Shown piece after piece: positions 11,638-21,723 of a stretch of DNA of 64,000 bases. The position numbers and the translations under genes are program-made. Position 1 is the first letter of the stretch. The number at the start of each line of letters is the position of its first letter. Source of the DNA: an uncultured Alphaproteobacteria bacterium. Lineage in GTDB: Bacteria; Pseudomonadota; Alphaproteobacteria; RS24. The notes beneath the pieces are model-generated. The model searched no databases, was not told the DNA's origin, and was given only the letters and a program-made list of their open reading frames with translations. The stretch is taken from the NCBI GenBank assembly GCA_938091085.1, contig CALKOC010000021.1, positions 8,487 to 72,486 of the forward strand, in the 5' to 3' direction.

Positions 11638-12231
11638 ATGTTTATACAAACTGAAGAAACCCCGAACCCAGCAACATTGAAATTCCTTCCCGGAAGAGAT
11701 GTCATGGGCGCCGCCCCACCGGCTGATTTCCCGAATGCTGAGAGCGCGAAGGCTTCTCCTCTTGCGGAAACACTTTTCAAGATTCCTCAGGTCAGTAGTG
11801 TATTTCTCGGTTCTGATTTTATCACAATAACCAAATCCGAAGATGATTGGCAGCAACTTAAGCCCCTTCTTCTCACCTCATTGATGGATTTCTTTTTGAC
11901 GGGACTACCCGTCATTAATCAGGCAACTTCGCAAGAAGGCGCCGGTGAGGATGAAAGTGAAGAAGGTGACTCTGAGATTGTTTCCACCATTAAACAGTTG
12001 CTCGATACGCGGGTTCGCCCTGCTGTTGCTCAGGATGGAGGCGATATTGTTTTCCACGGCTATGAAGAGGGCGTTGTTTCTTTGACTATGCGTGGTGCAT
12101 GTGCTGGTTGCCCTAGCTCGACTGCCACCCTTAAGCACGGCATTGAAAATTTACTCAAGCATTTTATTCCCGAAATTACTGAAGTGAGAGCCACCGAAGG
12201 TGTGGGTGAGGGAGAAAATCATGCCGGATAA
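11638..12231 (+). CDS. NifU-family Fe-S cluster scaffold/carrier (Nfu_N + NifU C-terminal domain)
   Basis: MFIQTEETPNPATLKFLPG is the Nfu N-terminal domain signature. The C-terminal domain carries the CxxC motif (GACAGCPSS). The ATG at 11638 is preferred over the listed upstream ATG at 11599. Confidence 0.85.
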   Translation: MFIQTEETPNPATLKFLPGRDVMGAAPPADFPNAESAKASPLAETLFKIPQVSSVFLGSDFITITKSEDDWQQLKPLLLTSLMDFFLTGLPVINQATSQEGAGEDESEEGDSEIVSTIKQLLDTRVRPAVAQDGGDIVFHGYEEGVVSLTMRGACAGCPSSTATLKHGIENLLKHFIPEITEVRATEGVGEGENHAG

Positions 12232-12817
12232 TATGCTTGATAATAAAGCCTTGGATTTATTGTTCCGTGAAGCGCGTTCGCAGAATGCTTATGTTGATGC
12301 CCCTATAAGTGATGACACGCTCAAGGCACTCTATGATGTCTGGAAATATGGCCCCACGAGCGCTAACTGCTCCCCCGCGCGGGTTGTCTTTGTGCGCAGT
12401 GAAGAAGGTAAAGCCAAGTTATTGCCGCATCTTATGGGGGGCAATCAAGAAAAAACAAAATCAGCCGCTGTGTGTGCGATTATCGGTCATGATGTTAAAT
12501 TCTATGACCGTATCCCCGAGCTTTTTCCGCATCAGCCGGAGGCCCGGGAGTGGTTCTCCAATGACGATAATTTTGCCGCAGAGTCAGCCTTCAGGAATGG
12601 CTCCTTACAGGGCGCATATTTAATGATTGCCGCGCGGGCCATGGGGCTTGATGTTGGGCCAATGTCCGGCTTTGACCCCAAAGGTGTAGAGGAAGCTTTT
12701 TTCCCGAACAGCACAATTAAGGTGAATTTTCTGTGTAATTTGGGTCAGGGTGATCCCTCGGCTGTTTTTGAACGTTCTCCGCGTCTTGCCTTCGAGGATG
12801 CTTGCACCCTTGCCTAA
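12221..12817 (+). CDS. Nitroreductase-family protein, RutE-like (putative malonic semialdehyde reductase)
   Basis: ...YGPTSANCSPARVVFVRSEEGKAKL... closely resembles the RutE/YdjA nitroreductase core. ATG 12221 overlaps the end of the nfu gene by 11 nt. Confidence 0.75.
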   Translation: MPDNMLDNKALDLLFREARSQNAYVDAPISDDTLKALYDVWKYGPTSANCSPARVVFVRSEEGKAKLLPHLMGGNQEKTKSAAVCAIIGHDVKFYDRIPELFPHQPEAREWFSNDDNFAAESAFRNGSLQGAYLMIAARAMGLDVGPMSGFDPKGVEEAFFPNSTIKVNFLCNLGQGDPSAVFERSPRLAFEDACTLA

Positions 12818-13538
12818 TCTGCAACACCGCCCCTCAGTTCTGGCTTGTGACACGTCACAACAAGCATGTTCGGTTGCGCTTGCACTTTCAGATGGCACCA
12901 TCATTGAACGCCTTGAAGAAACCGGTCGCGGGCACACTGAAAAACTTCCTTTAATGATTGCCGATATTCTGACCTCTTCAGGCGTTAGCCTGAAAGATAT
13001 TGGTAGGTTAGGCGTCACCATAGGACCTGGAACATTTGCAGGCGTACGGGTGGGGTTGGCGGCGATGCGTGCCATTCGTATTAGTTATCGATTACCGATA
13101 TATTCCATCACAACCACGCATGCCCTTGCTTTACCCCTCCAACAAATGCCGGGGGTCAACGAAGGGCGTCAATCGATTGTTGCGATTGATGCACGGCGCG
13201 GTGAGCTTTATTGCCAGATTTTTGATGCGCAGGGTATTCCCATTAGTGATGCCATGGCGCATACACCCGAAGCGTTGGTTGAAATTATAGAGGAACAGGG
13301 CATAACCCGAGCAAACACCATTGGTTCGGGGGCTGAAATTCTTGCAGCACAGATGCGACGGGTTGAGTTGACCCTTCTGGAAATACCTTTTTGGCCACAA
13401 GCTGGTTTGATTGCTGACTGGGTTGCCCATCAGAAAGCCTTAGAGGAAAACACGCCACCTCCGGAGCCTTTGTATTTACGTCCCCCGGATGCAGCCCTTC
13501 CAAGTGCATCCAGTTATCTGACACGTCAAGAGGGGTGA
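12798..13538 (+). CDS. tsaB: tRNA threonylcarbamoyladenosine (t6A) biosynthesis protein TsaB
   Basis: VLACDTSQQACSVAL...GVTIGPGTFAGVRVGLAA is the TsaB/YeaZ signature. The start is uncertain: ATG 12798 is chosen, and the listed GTG 12750 would overlap the upstream gene by 68 nt. Confidence 0.82.
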   Translation: MLAPLPNLQHRPSVLACDTSQQACSVALALSDGTIIERLEETGRGHTEKLPLMIADILTSSGVSLKDIGRLGVTIGPGTFAGVRVGLAAMRAIRISYRLPIYSITTTHALALPLQQMPGVNEGRQSIVAIDARRGELYCQIFDAQGIPISDAMAHTPEALVEIIEEQGITRANTIGSGAEILAAQMRRVELTLLEIPFWPQAGLIADWVAHQKALEENTPPPEPLYLRPPDAALPSASSYLTRQEG

Positions 13539-13548
13539 AAAAGGTTTC

Positions 13549-14064
13549 GTGAATATGAAGTCTCATGGGTCTGTTAAAATCTCGCCGGGCGAATCTTCGG
13601 ATGTGGAGGCGATTATCTGCCCGGCACAACCTGATCCGGCTTTTCTGTCAAATTTGCATCGGGATGGCTTCGCGAGCGCCTATGAACAACACTGGAATGA
13701 CAAGGCTATGGCTGAAATGCTTGCTATGACCGGTGTTTTTGTTCACCAGTTTTCTGCCGGTTTCCTCATGACTCAAATAAGCTTTGAGACTGCTGAGATT
13801 CTTACCTTTGCTGTGTTGCCTAGCCAACGCGGTAAAGGTTATGGTGCTGCATTATTGAAAGCCGCAATGCATCATGCTTTTAATAAAGGGGCGACACGGA
13901 TACTGCTGGAGGTTGCCCCGGATCGTAAAGCCGCTTTAGGGCTTTACCGCCGCGCAGGATTTGAACGCACAGGTGTTCGAAAAAATTATTATGCGGGGCC
14001 TAAAGGTAAAAGAGATGCTTTTTTAATGGAAACCGGGCTTGGAACAGAGCTTAATTTTAGGTAA
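13549..14064 (+). CDS. rimI: GNAT acetyltransferase, ribosomal-protein-alanine N-acetyltransferase RimI-like
   Basis: GNAT acetyl-CoA motif VLPSQRGKGYGAALL. It lies directly after tsaB, as in most bacteria. Start is GTG 13549 or ATG 13555. Confidence 0.75.
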   Translation: MNMKSHGSVKISPGESSDVEAIICPAQPDPAFLSNLHRDGFASAYEQHWNDKAMAEMLAMTGVFVHQFSAGFLMTQISFETAEILTFAVLPSQRGKGYGAALLKAAMHHAFNKGATRILLEVAPDRKAALGLYRRAGFERTGVRKNYYAGPKGKRDAFLMETGLGTELNFR

Positions 14065-14066
14065 AC

Positions 14067-14528
14067 ATGATTATGGTTGATGACAGCAAAATTGAAATAT
14101 TGTGTGAGCGTGCCGGTATGCGCATGACGGGACAGCGTCGCGTTATTGCAAGAATATTATCCGAGTCAGACGATCACCCGGATGTTGAAGTGCTTCATCG
14201 CCGCGCTGTTCTGGAAGATGCGGGCATCTCAATTGCCACAGTTTATCGTACTGTCAAATTATTCGAAGAAGCCGGCATTCTGACGCGCCACGATTTTGGG
14301 GATGGGCGCTCAAGATATGAGACGATATCCGAAGATCATCATGACCACCTGATTGATTTGCAGTCAGGGAAAGTTATTGAATTTTCAAATGAAGCCATTG
14401 AAGAACTTCAGCGGCAAGTTGCCGAAAAGCTGGGTTACAGACTGGTTGATCACAGGTTAGAACTTTACGGCATTCCGCTTGAGCAGGGAAAACCTGTTGG
14501 TGCTTCTGACGATAATCAGGATAGCTAA
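14067..14528 (+). CDS. fur: Fur-family metalloregulator (Fur/Mur/Zur type)
   Basis: 153 aa. Winged-helix N-terminus (MTGQRRVIARIL...ISIATVYRTVKLFEEAGIL) and metal-site motif HHDHLIDL. The position after rimI is as in many Alphaproteobacteria. Metal specificity cannot be read from the sequence. Confidence 0.8.
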   Translation: MIMVDDSKIEILCERAGMRMTGQRRVIARILSESDDHPDVEVLHRRAVLEDAGISIATVYRTVKLFEEAGILTRHDFGDGRSRYETISEDHHDHLIDLQSGKVIEFSNEAIEELQRQVAEKLGYRLVDHRLELYGIPLEQGKPVGASDDNQDS

Positions 14529-14530
14529 TC

Positions 14531-15379
14531 ATGCTTCCTGACATTATTAGCATTGCAATTCGCCTGATATTAGTAGTGGCTATCATCGTCATTTTTTCAC
14601 CAATTCAATTTTTGATAATTGTTTTACGCTTACCTGGCAGTGATGTTTTGCCGTTAATTTTTCACAAAATAATTCTTAAAATTCTTGGCGTCAGGGTGCG
14701 AGTGTCGGGGCCATTGCCTGAGCCTGGCACGCTGATTGTCAGCAACCATGTGTCATGGCTGGATATATGCACTATTGGCTCTGTTTTGCCGATTAATTTT
14801 GTTGCCAAAGCGGATATATCTGGCTGGCCTATTTTTGGGTTCCTAGCGAAATTGCAAAAAACCCTCTTTATTAAAAGAGATCGGCGGAGTGATACGGCTA
14901 ATCAACGAAATGCCATGCAGGACAGGCTGCTTGATGGTAGCCGTTTGGTGCTTTTTCCTGAGGGGACAACCGGAGACGGTACAATTGTTCTACCTTTCAA
15001 GTCCTCCCTATTTGCCGCCGCTGAGGTGCCGGAAAACGACAAGCCTATACCTATTCAACCGCTATCTTTGGCTTTTGCAGAATTAAGCGGTATTCCGATG
15101 AGCCGACGCATTCGGATTAAATATGCCTGGATTGGGGATGTCAGTTTGCTTTCCACTATGTTTCATGTTTTGGGAAGTTACCCGATTACAATAAATTTAA
15201 CCTTTCATGCCCCGACTAATCTTGTCGAGGCAGGGGGGCGCAAAAAGTTAGCCGTCTCGGCACATCGCAAGGTGCAAAATGGCGTCGCAAACACCACTGT
15301 AGGCTTTATTGATATTGAGGCGACACATACTCCTGACGCCCCCTCCGAACTCAAGGTCGCGGCCAAGCCTCTTGCCTAG
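14531..15379 (+). CDS. plsC: 1-acyl-sn-glycerol-3-phosphate acyltransferase family protein
   Basis: N-terminal TM segment, HX4D acyltransferase motif (SNHVSWLDI) and FPEGTT motif. Confidence 0.8.
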   Translation: MLPDIISIAIRLILVVAIIVIFSPIQFLIIVLRLPGSDVLPLIFHKIILKILGVRVRVSGPLPEPGTLIVSNHVSWLDICTIGSVLPINFVAKADISGWPIFGFLAKLQKTLFIKRDRRSDTANQRNAMQDRLLDGSRLVLFPEGTTGDGTIVLPFKSSLFAAAEVPENDKPIPIQPLSLAFAELSGIPMSRRIRIKYAWIGDVSLLSTMFHVLGSYPITINLTFHAPTNLVEAGGRKKLAVSAHRKVQNGVANTTVGFIDIEATHTPDAPSELKVAAKPLA

Positions 15380-15406
15380 AGAGCCTAAACTGTCTAAACG
15401 AAAACC

Positions 15407-16777
15407 ATGGAAAAGCATAAATCCGTCTTTATAAAGACTTACGGATGCCAAATGAATGTTTATGACAGCGAACGCATGGGCGAGGCGCTGAATATCGCTG
15501 GCTATCATCCGGTGGATGCGCCTGATAAGGCTGATATGGTTATTCTCAATACCTGTCATATCCGTGAAAAGGCTGCCGAGAAGGTTTATTCCGAACTTGG
15601 CAGGCTTAAAAAACTAAAAGACATTAATGAAGATATGATTATCGGAGTTGCTGGGTGTGTTGCTCAGGCTGAAGGCGAAGAAATGCTGTCTCGTGCGCCG
15701 ACAGTGGATCTGGTGTTTGGCCCTCAGACTTTTCAGGCGCTTCCTGATATGCTGGAAGAACTGGCAGATAACAGGGCAGATGCGCTTGAGGAAAGCGGCC
15801 ATATTAAGAAAGCAAAAGGCGTTGTTAGAACAAGCTTTCCCGCTGAAGAAAAATTCGCCACCTTGTTTGAAACACCACGCCAGCCTTTGGTGCGAAGCCC
15901 TGCGGCCTTCGTCACTGTCCAAGAAGGGTGTGATAAATTCTGCACTTTTTGTGTCGTGCCTTATACAAGGGGGGCCGAAGTCTCCCGTGCGGCATTGGAA
16001 ATTGAAGCAGAAGTTATATCTCTCGCGCAAAAAGGCGTGAGTGAAATTACACTTTTAGGGCAAAACGTTAACGCATGGCAGGACGTTGATGCGGATGATA
16101 TTGGATTGGGACAGCTGTTAAGGAAATTGGCTGAAGTCGATGGCGTAGAGCGGCTCCGCTATACCACGTCGCATCCGCGGGATATGGATGATGCACTGAT
16201 ACAAGCCCATGCCGATTTGCCAGAGTTGATGCCTTATCTGCACCTGCCTGTGCAAGCAGGGTCGGATAAAATTCTCAAAGCCATGAACAGAAAACATACG
16301 GCAGAGGATTATATCAAGCTGGTTGACCGCATCCGCGTGGCGCGGCCTGATATTGCTTTGTCCTCTGATTTCATCGTTGGCTTTCCGGGCGAGACAGAAG
16401 AGGATTTCACGGCGACGCTTGATCTTGTGAAGCAGGTTACTTATGCGCAAGCTTATTCATTTAAATATAGCCCACGCCCCGGCACGCCGGCTTCTGAGGA
16501 AGCGCAGATTGATGAAGATGTTAAATCGGAGCGTTTGTGGCGGCTACAGGATGTCTTGAACAGCCAACAGGTAACCTTTAATGCCTCACAGACTGGTGAA
16601 ACGCTAGAGGTTTTGTTTGAAAAACAAGGTAAGAAGCCGGGGCAAATGGTTGGGCGCAGCCCCTATTTACAGACTGTTCATGTGGATGCCGATGAGACTG
16701 TAATCGGTAAAATTTTGCCCGTTAAAATTGAAAAAGCACACGCGAACAGCCTGTCGGGAAGTATTTTAGGGGTTTAA
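15407..16777 (+). CDS. miaB: tRNA-2-methylthio-N6-dimethylallyladenosine synthase MiaB
   Basis: 456 aa. UPF0004 N-terminal cysteines (YGCQMN), radical-SAM [11 protein letters not shown] motif and C-terminal TRAM domain. Confidence 0.95.
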   Translation: MEKHKSVFIKTYGCQMNVYDSERMGEALNIAGYHPVDAPDKADMVILNTCHIREKAAEKVYSELGRLKKLKDINEDMIIGVAGCVAQAEGEEMLSRAPTVDLVFGPQTFQALPDMLEELADNRADALEESGHIKKAKGVVRTSFPAEEKFATLFETPRQPLVRSPAAFVTVQEGCDKFCTFCVVPYTRGAEVSRAALEIEAEVISLAQKGVSEITLLGQNVNAWQDVDADDIGLGQLLRKLAEVDGVERLRYTTSHPRDMDDALIQAHADLPELMPYLHLPVQAGSDKILKAMNRKHTAEDYIKLVDRIRVARPDIALSSDFIVGFPGETEEDFTATLDLVKQVTYAQAYSFKYSPRPGTPASEEAQIDEDVKSERLWRLQDVLNSQQVTFNASQTGETLEVLFEKQGKKPGQMVGRSPYLQTVHVDADETVIGKILPVKIEKAHANSLSGSILGV

Positions 16778-16922
16778 TGCCTATTAGGTGTTGTTCCATT
16801 GTCAGCCACACCTACATGAAGCTTTTGTGAAAAGGGGATTGTCTCTTGCGTGGTCGCCCCAATCACGCCATATTTTTGTTAATGATTTTTCAATTTAACA
16901 GCCACATTCGAGGAGCCCGCGA

Positions 16923-18005
16923 TTGAGCAATTTGAAAGCTGGAGCTGCCGCGGATCGCTCCAAAAACGACAGTCAGCTTATACTTGATTTTGATGACAAT
17001 CTTTTGCTGAGTGAACTTTTTGGCGCACATGATACAAATCTGGTTCGAATTGAAGAAACGCTCGGCATTTCTATTGTCAGTCGTGGTAATAAGGTTTTTC
17101 TCTCTGGCGATCAGACAGCATGTCAACGTGCCGGAGAGGTTCTCGAACAGCTTTACAGCCGTCTAAAAGTTGGTGACAGTATCAGTAAGGGTGACGTTGA
17201 TGGCGCGCTCCGCATGACGGTTGCGCCTTTGAAGGTCAAGAAAAGTAAGTCTTTCGTCAAAAACGGTAAAGGATCGGGTGGTCAAGATTTGAATAGTGGT
17301 GTCAGAACTCAAAAACGGGCGGTTACGCCAAGGTCACCAACACAGGCAAGCTATATTGAAGCGCTGATGCGCGATGAATTGATTGTTGGAAGTGGCCCTG
17401 CCGGTACTGGCAAAACTTATCTCGCAGTCGCCGTTGCTGCGTCCATGCTTGTTGAGGGCAAAGTAGATAGAATTATCCTCTCAAGACCGGCGGTAGAGGC
17501 GGGAGAAAATTTGGGTTTTCTGCCGGGCGATATGCGGGATAAGGTCGATCCTTATTTGCGCCCTCTTTATGATGCGCTTTATGATATGCTTCCCGGGCCT
17601 CAGGTTATGCGCAGTATGGAGTCCGGCGAAATTGAAATTGCGCCCCTCGCTTTCATGCGAGGCAGAACCTTAGCAAATTCTTTTGTTATTTTGGATGAGG
17701 CACAAAATGCCACGCCAATGCAGATGAAAATGTTCCTCACCAGAATGGGGGAAAACAGCCGAATGGTGATTACAGGTGACCCTAGTCAGGTGGATTTGCC
17801 GTTCGGGGCAAAATCTGGCTTGAGGGATGCGATGGAAATTCTCCCCGTAGTTAAGGGGGTCAGCGTCATAAACTTTACTGAGAAAGATGTTGTGAGGCAC
17901 GATATGGTAACACGCATCGTCAAAGCCTATAATAAACGCGACAGAAAGCTCACTGATTTCAAAGAAAAAAAGAAATCAGAAGATAATAAAAACTCTGACA
18001 CTTAA
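16923..18005 (+). CDS. PhoH-family ATPase (YbeZ-like)
   Basis: 360 aa. Walker A GPAGTGKTY, ILDEAQN and ITGDPSQVDLP motifs. TTG start with GAGGAG upstream. It precedes ybeY, as usual. Confidence 0.9.
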   Translation: MSNLKAGAAADRSKNDSQLILDFDDNLLLSELFGAHDTNLVRIEETLGISIVSRGNKVFLSGDQTACQRAGEVLEQLYSRLKVGDSISKGDVDGALRMTVAPLKVKKSKSFVKNGKGSGGQDLNSGVRTQKRAVTPRSPTQASYIEALMRDELIVGSGPAGTGKTYLAVAVAASMLVEGKVDRIILSRPAVEAGENLGFLPGDMRDKVDPYLRPLYDALYDMLPGPQVMRSMESGEIEIAPLAFMRGRTLANSFVILDEAQNATPMQMKMFLTRMGENSRMVITGDPSQVDLPFGAKSGLRDAMEILPVVKGVSVINFTEKDVVRHDMVTRIVKAYNKRDRKLTDFKEKKKSEDNKNSDT

Positions 18006-18081
18006 TGAGAAGTTTTGAGAGAAGCCCAAAGCGATGATGCTTCCCACAACAAGACTTCTAATGGTATAAAATTGTTAAGAA

Positions 18082-18654
18082 ATGCCTGATCAAACGTTTG
18101 CAAATGAGACAAATGAAGATGAAAGCACTCTTTTAGTTGAGATTGTAACCGAGCAATCTGACTGGGAAAGAGGGGCCTGGGACGGCGTGCAGGATGATAT
18201 CCAACATGCTGCAATTGCCGCATTTCATGCCGGTATTGATGCGCGTACTGATATATCATTTCCCGATGTTGATATTGAGATTGGCATTCGCTTGACGGAT
18301 GATAAGGAAATGACAACCCTTAATGCTCAATGGCGGAACATCGACCGCCCGACGAATGTTCTCTCTTTTCCGAGCTGGGATGGTAACACTGAGCTTGACA
18401 ATGGTGAGAGTGGGATTTTGCTGGGTGATGTCGTTTTAGCGCGGCAGACAATTGAAGCAGAGGCTGATGGGGCTAATCTCCCGCCCGTGAACCATGTTAA
18501 ACATCTAGTTGTTCACGGTGTTCTTCATTTGCTGGGGTTTGATCACGAAACAGAGGAGCAGGCTGACATTATGGAGTCTCTGGAGGTCAAAGTGCTTTCC
18601 AATATTGGGGTTGCATCTCCTTATAAGGACAGGAAAAAGGAAAACATTATATGA
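18082..18654 (+). CDS. ybeY: rRNA maturation endoribonuclease YbeY
   Basis: Zinc motif HLVVHGVLHLLGFDHE. Confidence 0.93.
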   Translation: MPDQTFANETNEDESTLLVEIVTEQSDWERGAWDGVQDDIQHAAIAAFHAGIDARTDISFPDVDIEIGIRLTDDKEMTTLNAQWRNIDRPTNVLSFPSWDGNTELDNGESGILLGDVVLARQTIEAEADGANLPPVNHVKHLVVHGVLHLLGFDHETEEQADIMESLEVKVLSNIGVASPYKDRKKENII

Positions 18655-19541
18655 GTAGTTCTGATTTTCACGCGCAGAGTCTGTGGGCGAAGCTCAAAGC
18701 CATTCTCATTCCGCCAGACACAAATTTGCGTGAAAGCCTTGAGGATGTTCTTGAAGAAGAAGCGGGCAATGATGAAAGTTTGACGGGTGAAGAACTTCAT
18801 ATGCTGAGGAACCTTCTTGGCTTTAAGGATGTTCGGGTTGAAGATGTTATGGTCCCGCGTGCGGATATTACTGCGGTTGATGAAAAGACTTCATTGGAGG
18901 ATCTAGGCGGCTGTTTTACAGAATCAGGTCATTCGCGGTTGCCGGTTTATAAGCAGTCTTTGGATCATCCGATAGGCATGGTGCATATTAAGGATCTGGT
19001 GGTTATGCTGGCCGGAAAAGCACCAAAAGTGCCTCTTAAGGCGCTTATCCGTGATATTTTATTTGCCCCGCCCTCCATGCCCGCGCTGGATTTATTACTT
19101 CGTATGCAGGCATCTCGTTCGCATATGGCCTTGGTCGTAGATGAATATGGCGGCACTGACGGACTCGTGACGATTGAAGATTTAATTGAGGAAATTGTCG
19201 GTGAAATCGAAGATGAATATGATGATCAGGACGGCCCCCAAATTGTCACTCGTAGCGGCGATATTTTGGAGGCACAGGCGCGCCTGCCCATAGACCAGCT
19301 TGAAGAAAAACTTGGCATTACCTTGGTTGATGAAGACGAGGATATTGATACGCTGGGGGGGCTTGTTTTTACGCTTGCTGGGCGGGTCCCGCAGCGCGGT
19401 GAAGTGATTATACATAAGAATGGGATTGAATTTGAGGTCAGAGATGCTGACCCGCGGCGAATTAAGACCCTACGAATTAGACAAAAAAAGGTTCAAAATA
19501 AATCTGAAGATGATGCTCAGCCTTCTCAGAAACTGGATTGA
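18651..19541 (+). CDS. corC: CBS-pair / CorC_HlyC domain protein (CorC/TlyC family)
   Basis: 296 aa. Has a VEDVMVPR...CBS pair and a C-terminal transporter-associated domain. Overlaps the ybeY stop by 4 nt. Confidence 0.88.
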   Translation: MSSSDFHAQSLWAKLKAILIPPDTNLRESLEDVLEEEAGNDESLTGEELHMLRNLLGFKDVRVEDVMVPRADITAVDEKTSLEDLGGCFTESGHSRLPVYKQSLDHPIGMVHIKDLVVMLAGKAPKVPLKALIRDILFAPPSMPALDLLLRMQASRSHMALVVDEYGGTDGLVTIEDLIEEIVGEIEDEYDDQDGPQIVTRSGDILEAQARLPIDQLEEKLGITLVDEDEDIDTLGGLVFTLAGRVPQRGEVIIHKNGIEFEVRDADPRRIKTLRIRQKKVQNKSEDDAQPSQKLD

Positions 19542-21141
19542 TAATCAGTCAACCCGACTGGCTCTTTTGTCGCCGATAAAGGGCGGGCTTTTTGATTTTT
19601 TCCTTGGCGCGCTTGTGCCATTGGCTATGCCCCCTATCGGTGCGTGGCCACTTTTGTTTTTCATCTTTCCTGCCTTATTGATGAGACTACAACGTATTGA
19701 GCGTTGGCAGAACGTAGCGCTTACTGCTTGGTTGTTTGGTTTTGGGCAGTTCTTTATAGGCCTCTATTGGATCGGGTTTGCTTTTTTGGTAGAGCCGGAT
19801 CTTTTTTTATGGGTCCTGCCTCTTGCGGTCACACTTTTGCCTGCCGGTCTCGCGGTGTTTCCGATGCTGGCGGCCTTGCTTTGGTTTCGTTTATTTGCTG
19901 ACAAGCCAAGGTTTGCTGTCCGCGCGCTGGGGCTTGTTCTATGTTTGGTGCTGGCATCCTGGTTGCGGTCCAACATACTGACTGGCTTGCCCTGGAATCT
20001 CTATGGCATGTCAGCCTTAAGCTGGCTACCTCTCGCCCAATCAGCGCGTCTGTGGGGTGTGCATGGCTTGTCTCTAATTATGCTTTGTTTTGCAATGCTT
20101 CCCCTTTTCTTCCGGTATGAACGAAAACTGGCCGCACTTTTGTCTTTGGGATTTTTGCTTATTATTTGGGATGGTCATACACGGCTTCAAACTTATGAGC
20201 CCGAAAAAACGCCTGATTTGATGGTTAGGATTGTTCAACCAGCCATTCCTCAAAAAGAAAAATGGATTCCCGAAAACAGGCTGGGGATTATTCGCACACA
20301 TTTAGAACTCACCGGACAGCCAGCCGAAGTGCCGATAGATTTGGTGGTCTGGCCTGAAACGGCTCTCCCTGCTTTGTTATACAGAGATATATGGTTGCGA
20401 GAGCAAATTACCGATATTTTACCCGATGGGGCATATTTGGTGACAGGTGGTTTGCGGCGCGCGTCTCTTGTTAAAGCGACAGATATTAGACCTGATGAAG
20501 AGAAGGCGTTGCCAGCCGGGGAGGTTGCGCCTGAAGTTGAAAGACCGTGGCAAAGTTTTAACAGTGTTTTTGTAATCTCCCCCAATGGGGATGTTGAAGA
20601 TTTTTATGATAAGCATCACCTTGTGCCTTTTGGGGAGTATCTCCCGCAACAAAAGCTTTTGGAATTTGTTGGACTCGAGCAACTTACCCGATTGCGTGGC
20701 GGCTTTACTGCGGGTGATGAACCAAGAACACTCGCGCTGGGTAAGTTGGGCAAGTCCTTTTCACCCCTCATATGTTATGAGGTGATTTTTCCTGGACGTG
20801 TTGTGGGGGACTCTCGACCGGATTTTTTAATCACCGTGACGAATGATGGTTGGTTTGGAAAATCTGCAGGCCCTTGGCAACACCTAGAAATGGCGCGGAT
20901 GCGAACAATTGAAGAAGGGTTGCCGATTATCAGGTCGGCTAATACTGGTGTCTCAGCAGTTTTTGATGCGCTTGGTCGCCAGCACGCTTTGATGCCACTG
21001 ATGCAAAGAGGGGTTTTAGATGTATCTCTGCCGCCGGCTGTCGATGAGACGCCCTATGCGCGTTACGGGGATGTGGTCTTCTTTCTGATGTTTTTCGGCG
21101 TTGCAGGGCTGGTGTATAGAGCGCGAAGAGCCGGCGTTTAA
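19510..21141 (+). CDS. lnt: Apolipoprotein N-acyltransferase
   Basis: Multi-TM N-terminal half plus a C-terminal nitrilase-like domain (VVWPETALP...ICYEVIFP...NDGWFG). The start is uncertain. ATG 19510/19513 is chosen, and the listed 19420 start lies deep inside corC. Confidence 0.88.
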   Translation: MMLSLLRNWIDNQSTRLALLSPIKGGLFDFFLGALVPLAMPPIGAWPLLFFIFPALLMRLQRIERWQNVALTAWLFGFGQFFIGLYWIGFAFLVEPDLFLWVLPLAVTLLPAGLAVFPMLAALLWFRLFADKPRFAVRALGLVLCLVLASWLRSNILTGLPWNLYGMSALSWLPLAQSARLWGVHGLSLIMLCFAMLPLFFRYERKLAALLSLGFLLIIWDGHTRLQTYEPEKTPDLMVRIVQPAIPQKEKWIPENRLGIIRTHLELTGQPAEVPIDLVVWPETALPALLYRDIWLREQITDILPDGAYLVTGGLRRASLVKATDIRPDEEKALPAGEVAPEVERPWQSFNSVFVISPNGDVEDFYDKHHLVPFGEYLPQQKLLEFVGLEQLTRLRGGFTAGDEPRTLALGKLGKSFSPLICYEVIFPGRVVGDSRPDFLITVTNDGWFGKSAGPWQHLEMARMRTIEEGLPIIRSANTGVSAVFDALGRQHALMPLMQRGVLDVSLPPAVDETPYARYGDVVFFLMFFGVAGLVYRARRAGV

Positions 21142-21158
21142 ATATTTTAAAAATCTGT

Positions 21159-21178
21159 AGTATTTAATATTAAATACT
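21159..21178. promoter_or_regulatory. Perfect 20-bp palindrome AGTATTTAATATTAAATACT, candidate operator upstream of the XRE regulator gene
   Basis: I verified by hand that it is its own reverse complement. It lies 40 nt upstream of GTG 21218. An extra half-site AGTATGCAAT lies at 21186-21195. Confidence 0.45.
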
Positions 21179-21217
21179 GATACCTAGTATGCAATCATCA
21201 TAAGCGGAGTTTTTCTG

Positions 21218-21610
21218 GTGGCTTCTAAAGATCCATCTAATATCGATAAACATATTGGTTATAAGCTCAAGCTGCGGCGGGTTGATGCCGGTATGAGCCA
21301 GGAGTCCCTGGGTGAAAAAGTGGGTTTGTCATTTCAGCAAATCCAGAAATATGAAAAAGGCGCGAACCGGATTTCAGCATCCCGCCTTTTTGAGCTCACG
21401 CGTATTCTTGAGGTTGATATATCTTATTTCTTTGAAGGGTTCGAAACATCTGGGCCTTACCTCATAATGGAGGATAGTGCGCCCATTCCGAAATTTATTG
21501 ATTTTGTCAGCAGCAATGAAGGTATGAGCTTGAACCGTGCTTTTACTCGCATAAAAAGCCGCCGAACCCGTCGCGCCCTCATCGATATGGCAAAATCTCT
21601 CGCTGGTTAA
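21218..21610 (+). CDS. XRE-family helix-turn-helix transcriptional regulator
   Basis: 130 aa. HTH_3 pattern [51 protein letters not shown] start with GGAG upstream. The lnt-xre-metK order is conserved in Alphaproteobacteria. Confidence 0.8.
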   Translation: MASKDPSNIDKHIGYKLKLRRVDAGMSQESLGEKVGLSFQQIQKYEKGANRISASRLFELTRILEVDISYFFEGFETSGPYLIMEDSAPIPKFIDFVSSNEGMSLNRAFTRIKSRRTRRALIDMAKSLAG

Positions 21611-21669
21611 CCCGCTTTATCGCAAAATCTCCTCAAATTATTACAAATCATATAAAGAAAGCTTTATAT

Positions 21670-21723
21670 GGCTTGTCTAATAAGCCGCGCCCTGCTAAAG
21701 AATTGGCAAATATTGGAGATGTT
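21670..21723 (+). promoter_or_regulatory. Candidate SAM-responsive pseudoknot leader (SAM-II / SAM-V / SAM-SAH-like) of metK
   Basis: Hairpin GGCTT-GTCTAAT-AAGCC at 21670-21686. The loop TCTAAT can pair with ATTGGA (21713-21718, one G-U), which overlaps the GGAG Shine-Dalgarno 6 nt before ATG 21724. A second ATTGG lies at 21702-21706. Confidence 0.3.

Noticed and set aside
12620-13075. 151-aa minus-strand ORF, and many similar track entries (for example 392-760, 8319-8702, 15614-16030, 21881-22474, 27094-27462, 32311-32841, 43552-43998, 45328-45768, 50049-50606, 53158-53634, 59117-59602, 49277-49645).
   Set aside because: All lie inside or antisense to long ORFs with clear conserved-family identity. 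Their translations are low-complexity or Arg/Ser/Cys-rich with no recognisable motifs. They are treated as shadow ORFs.
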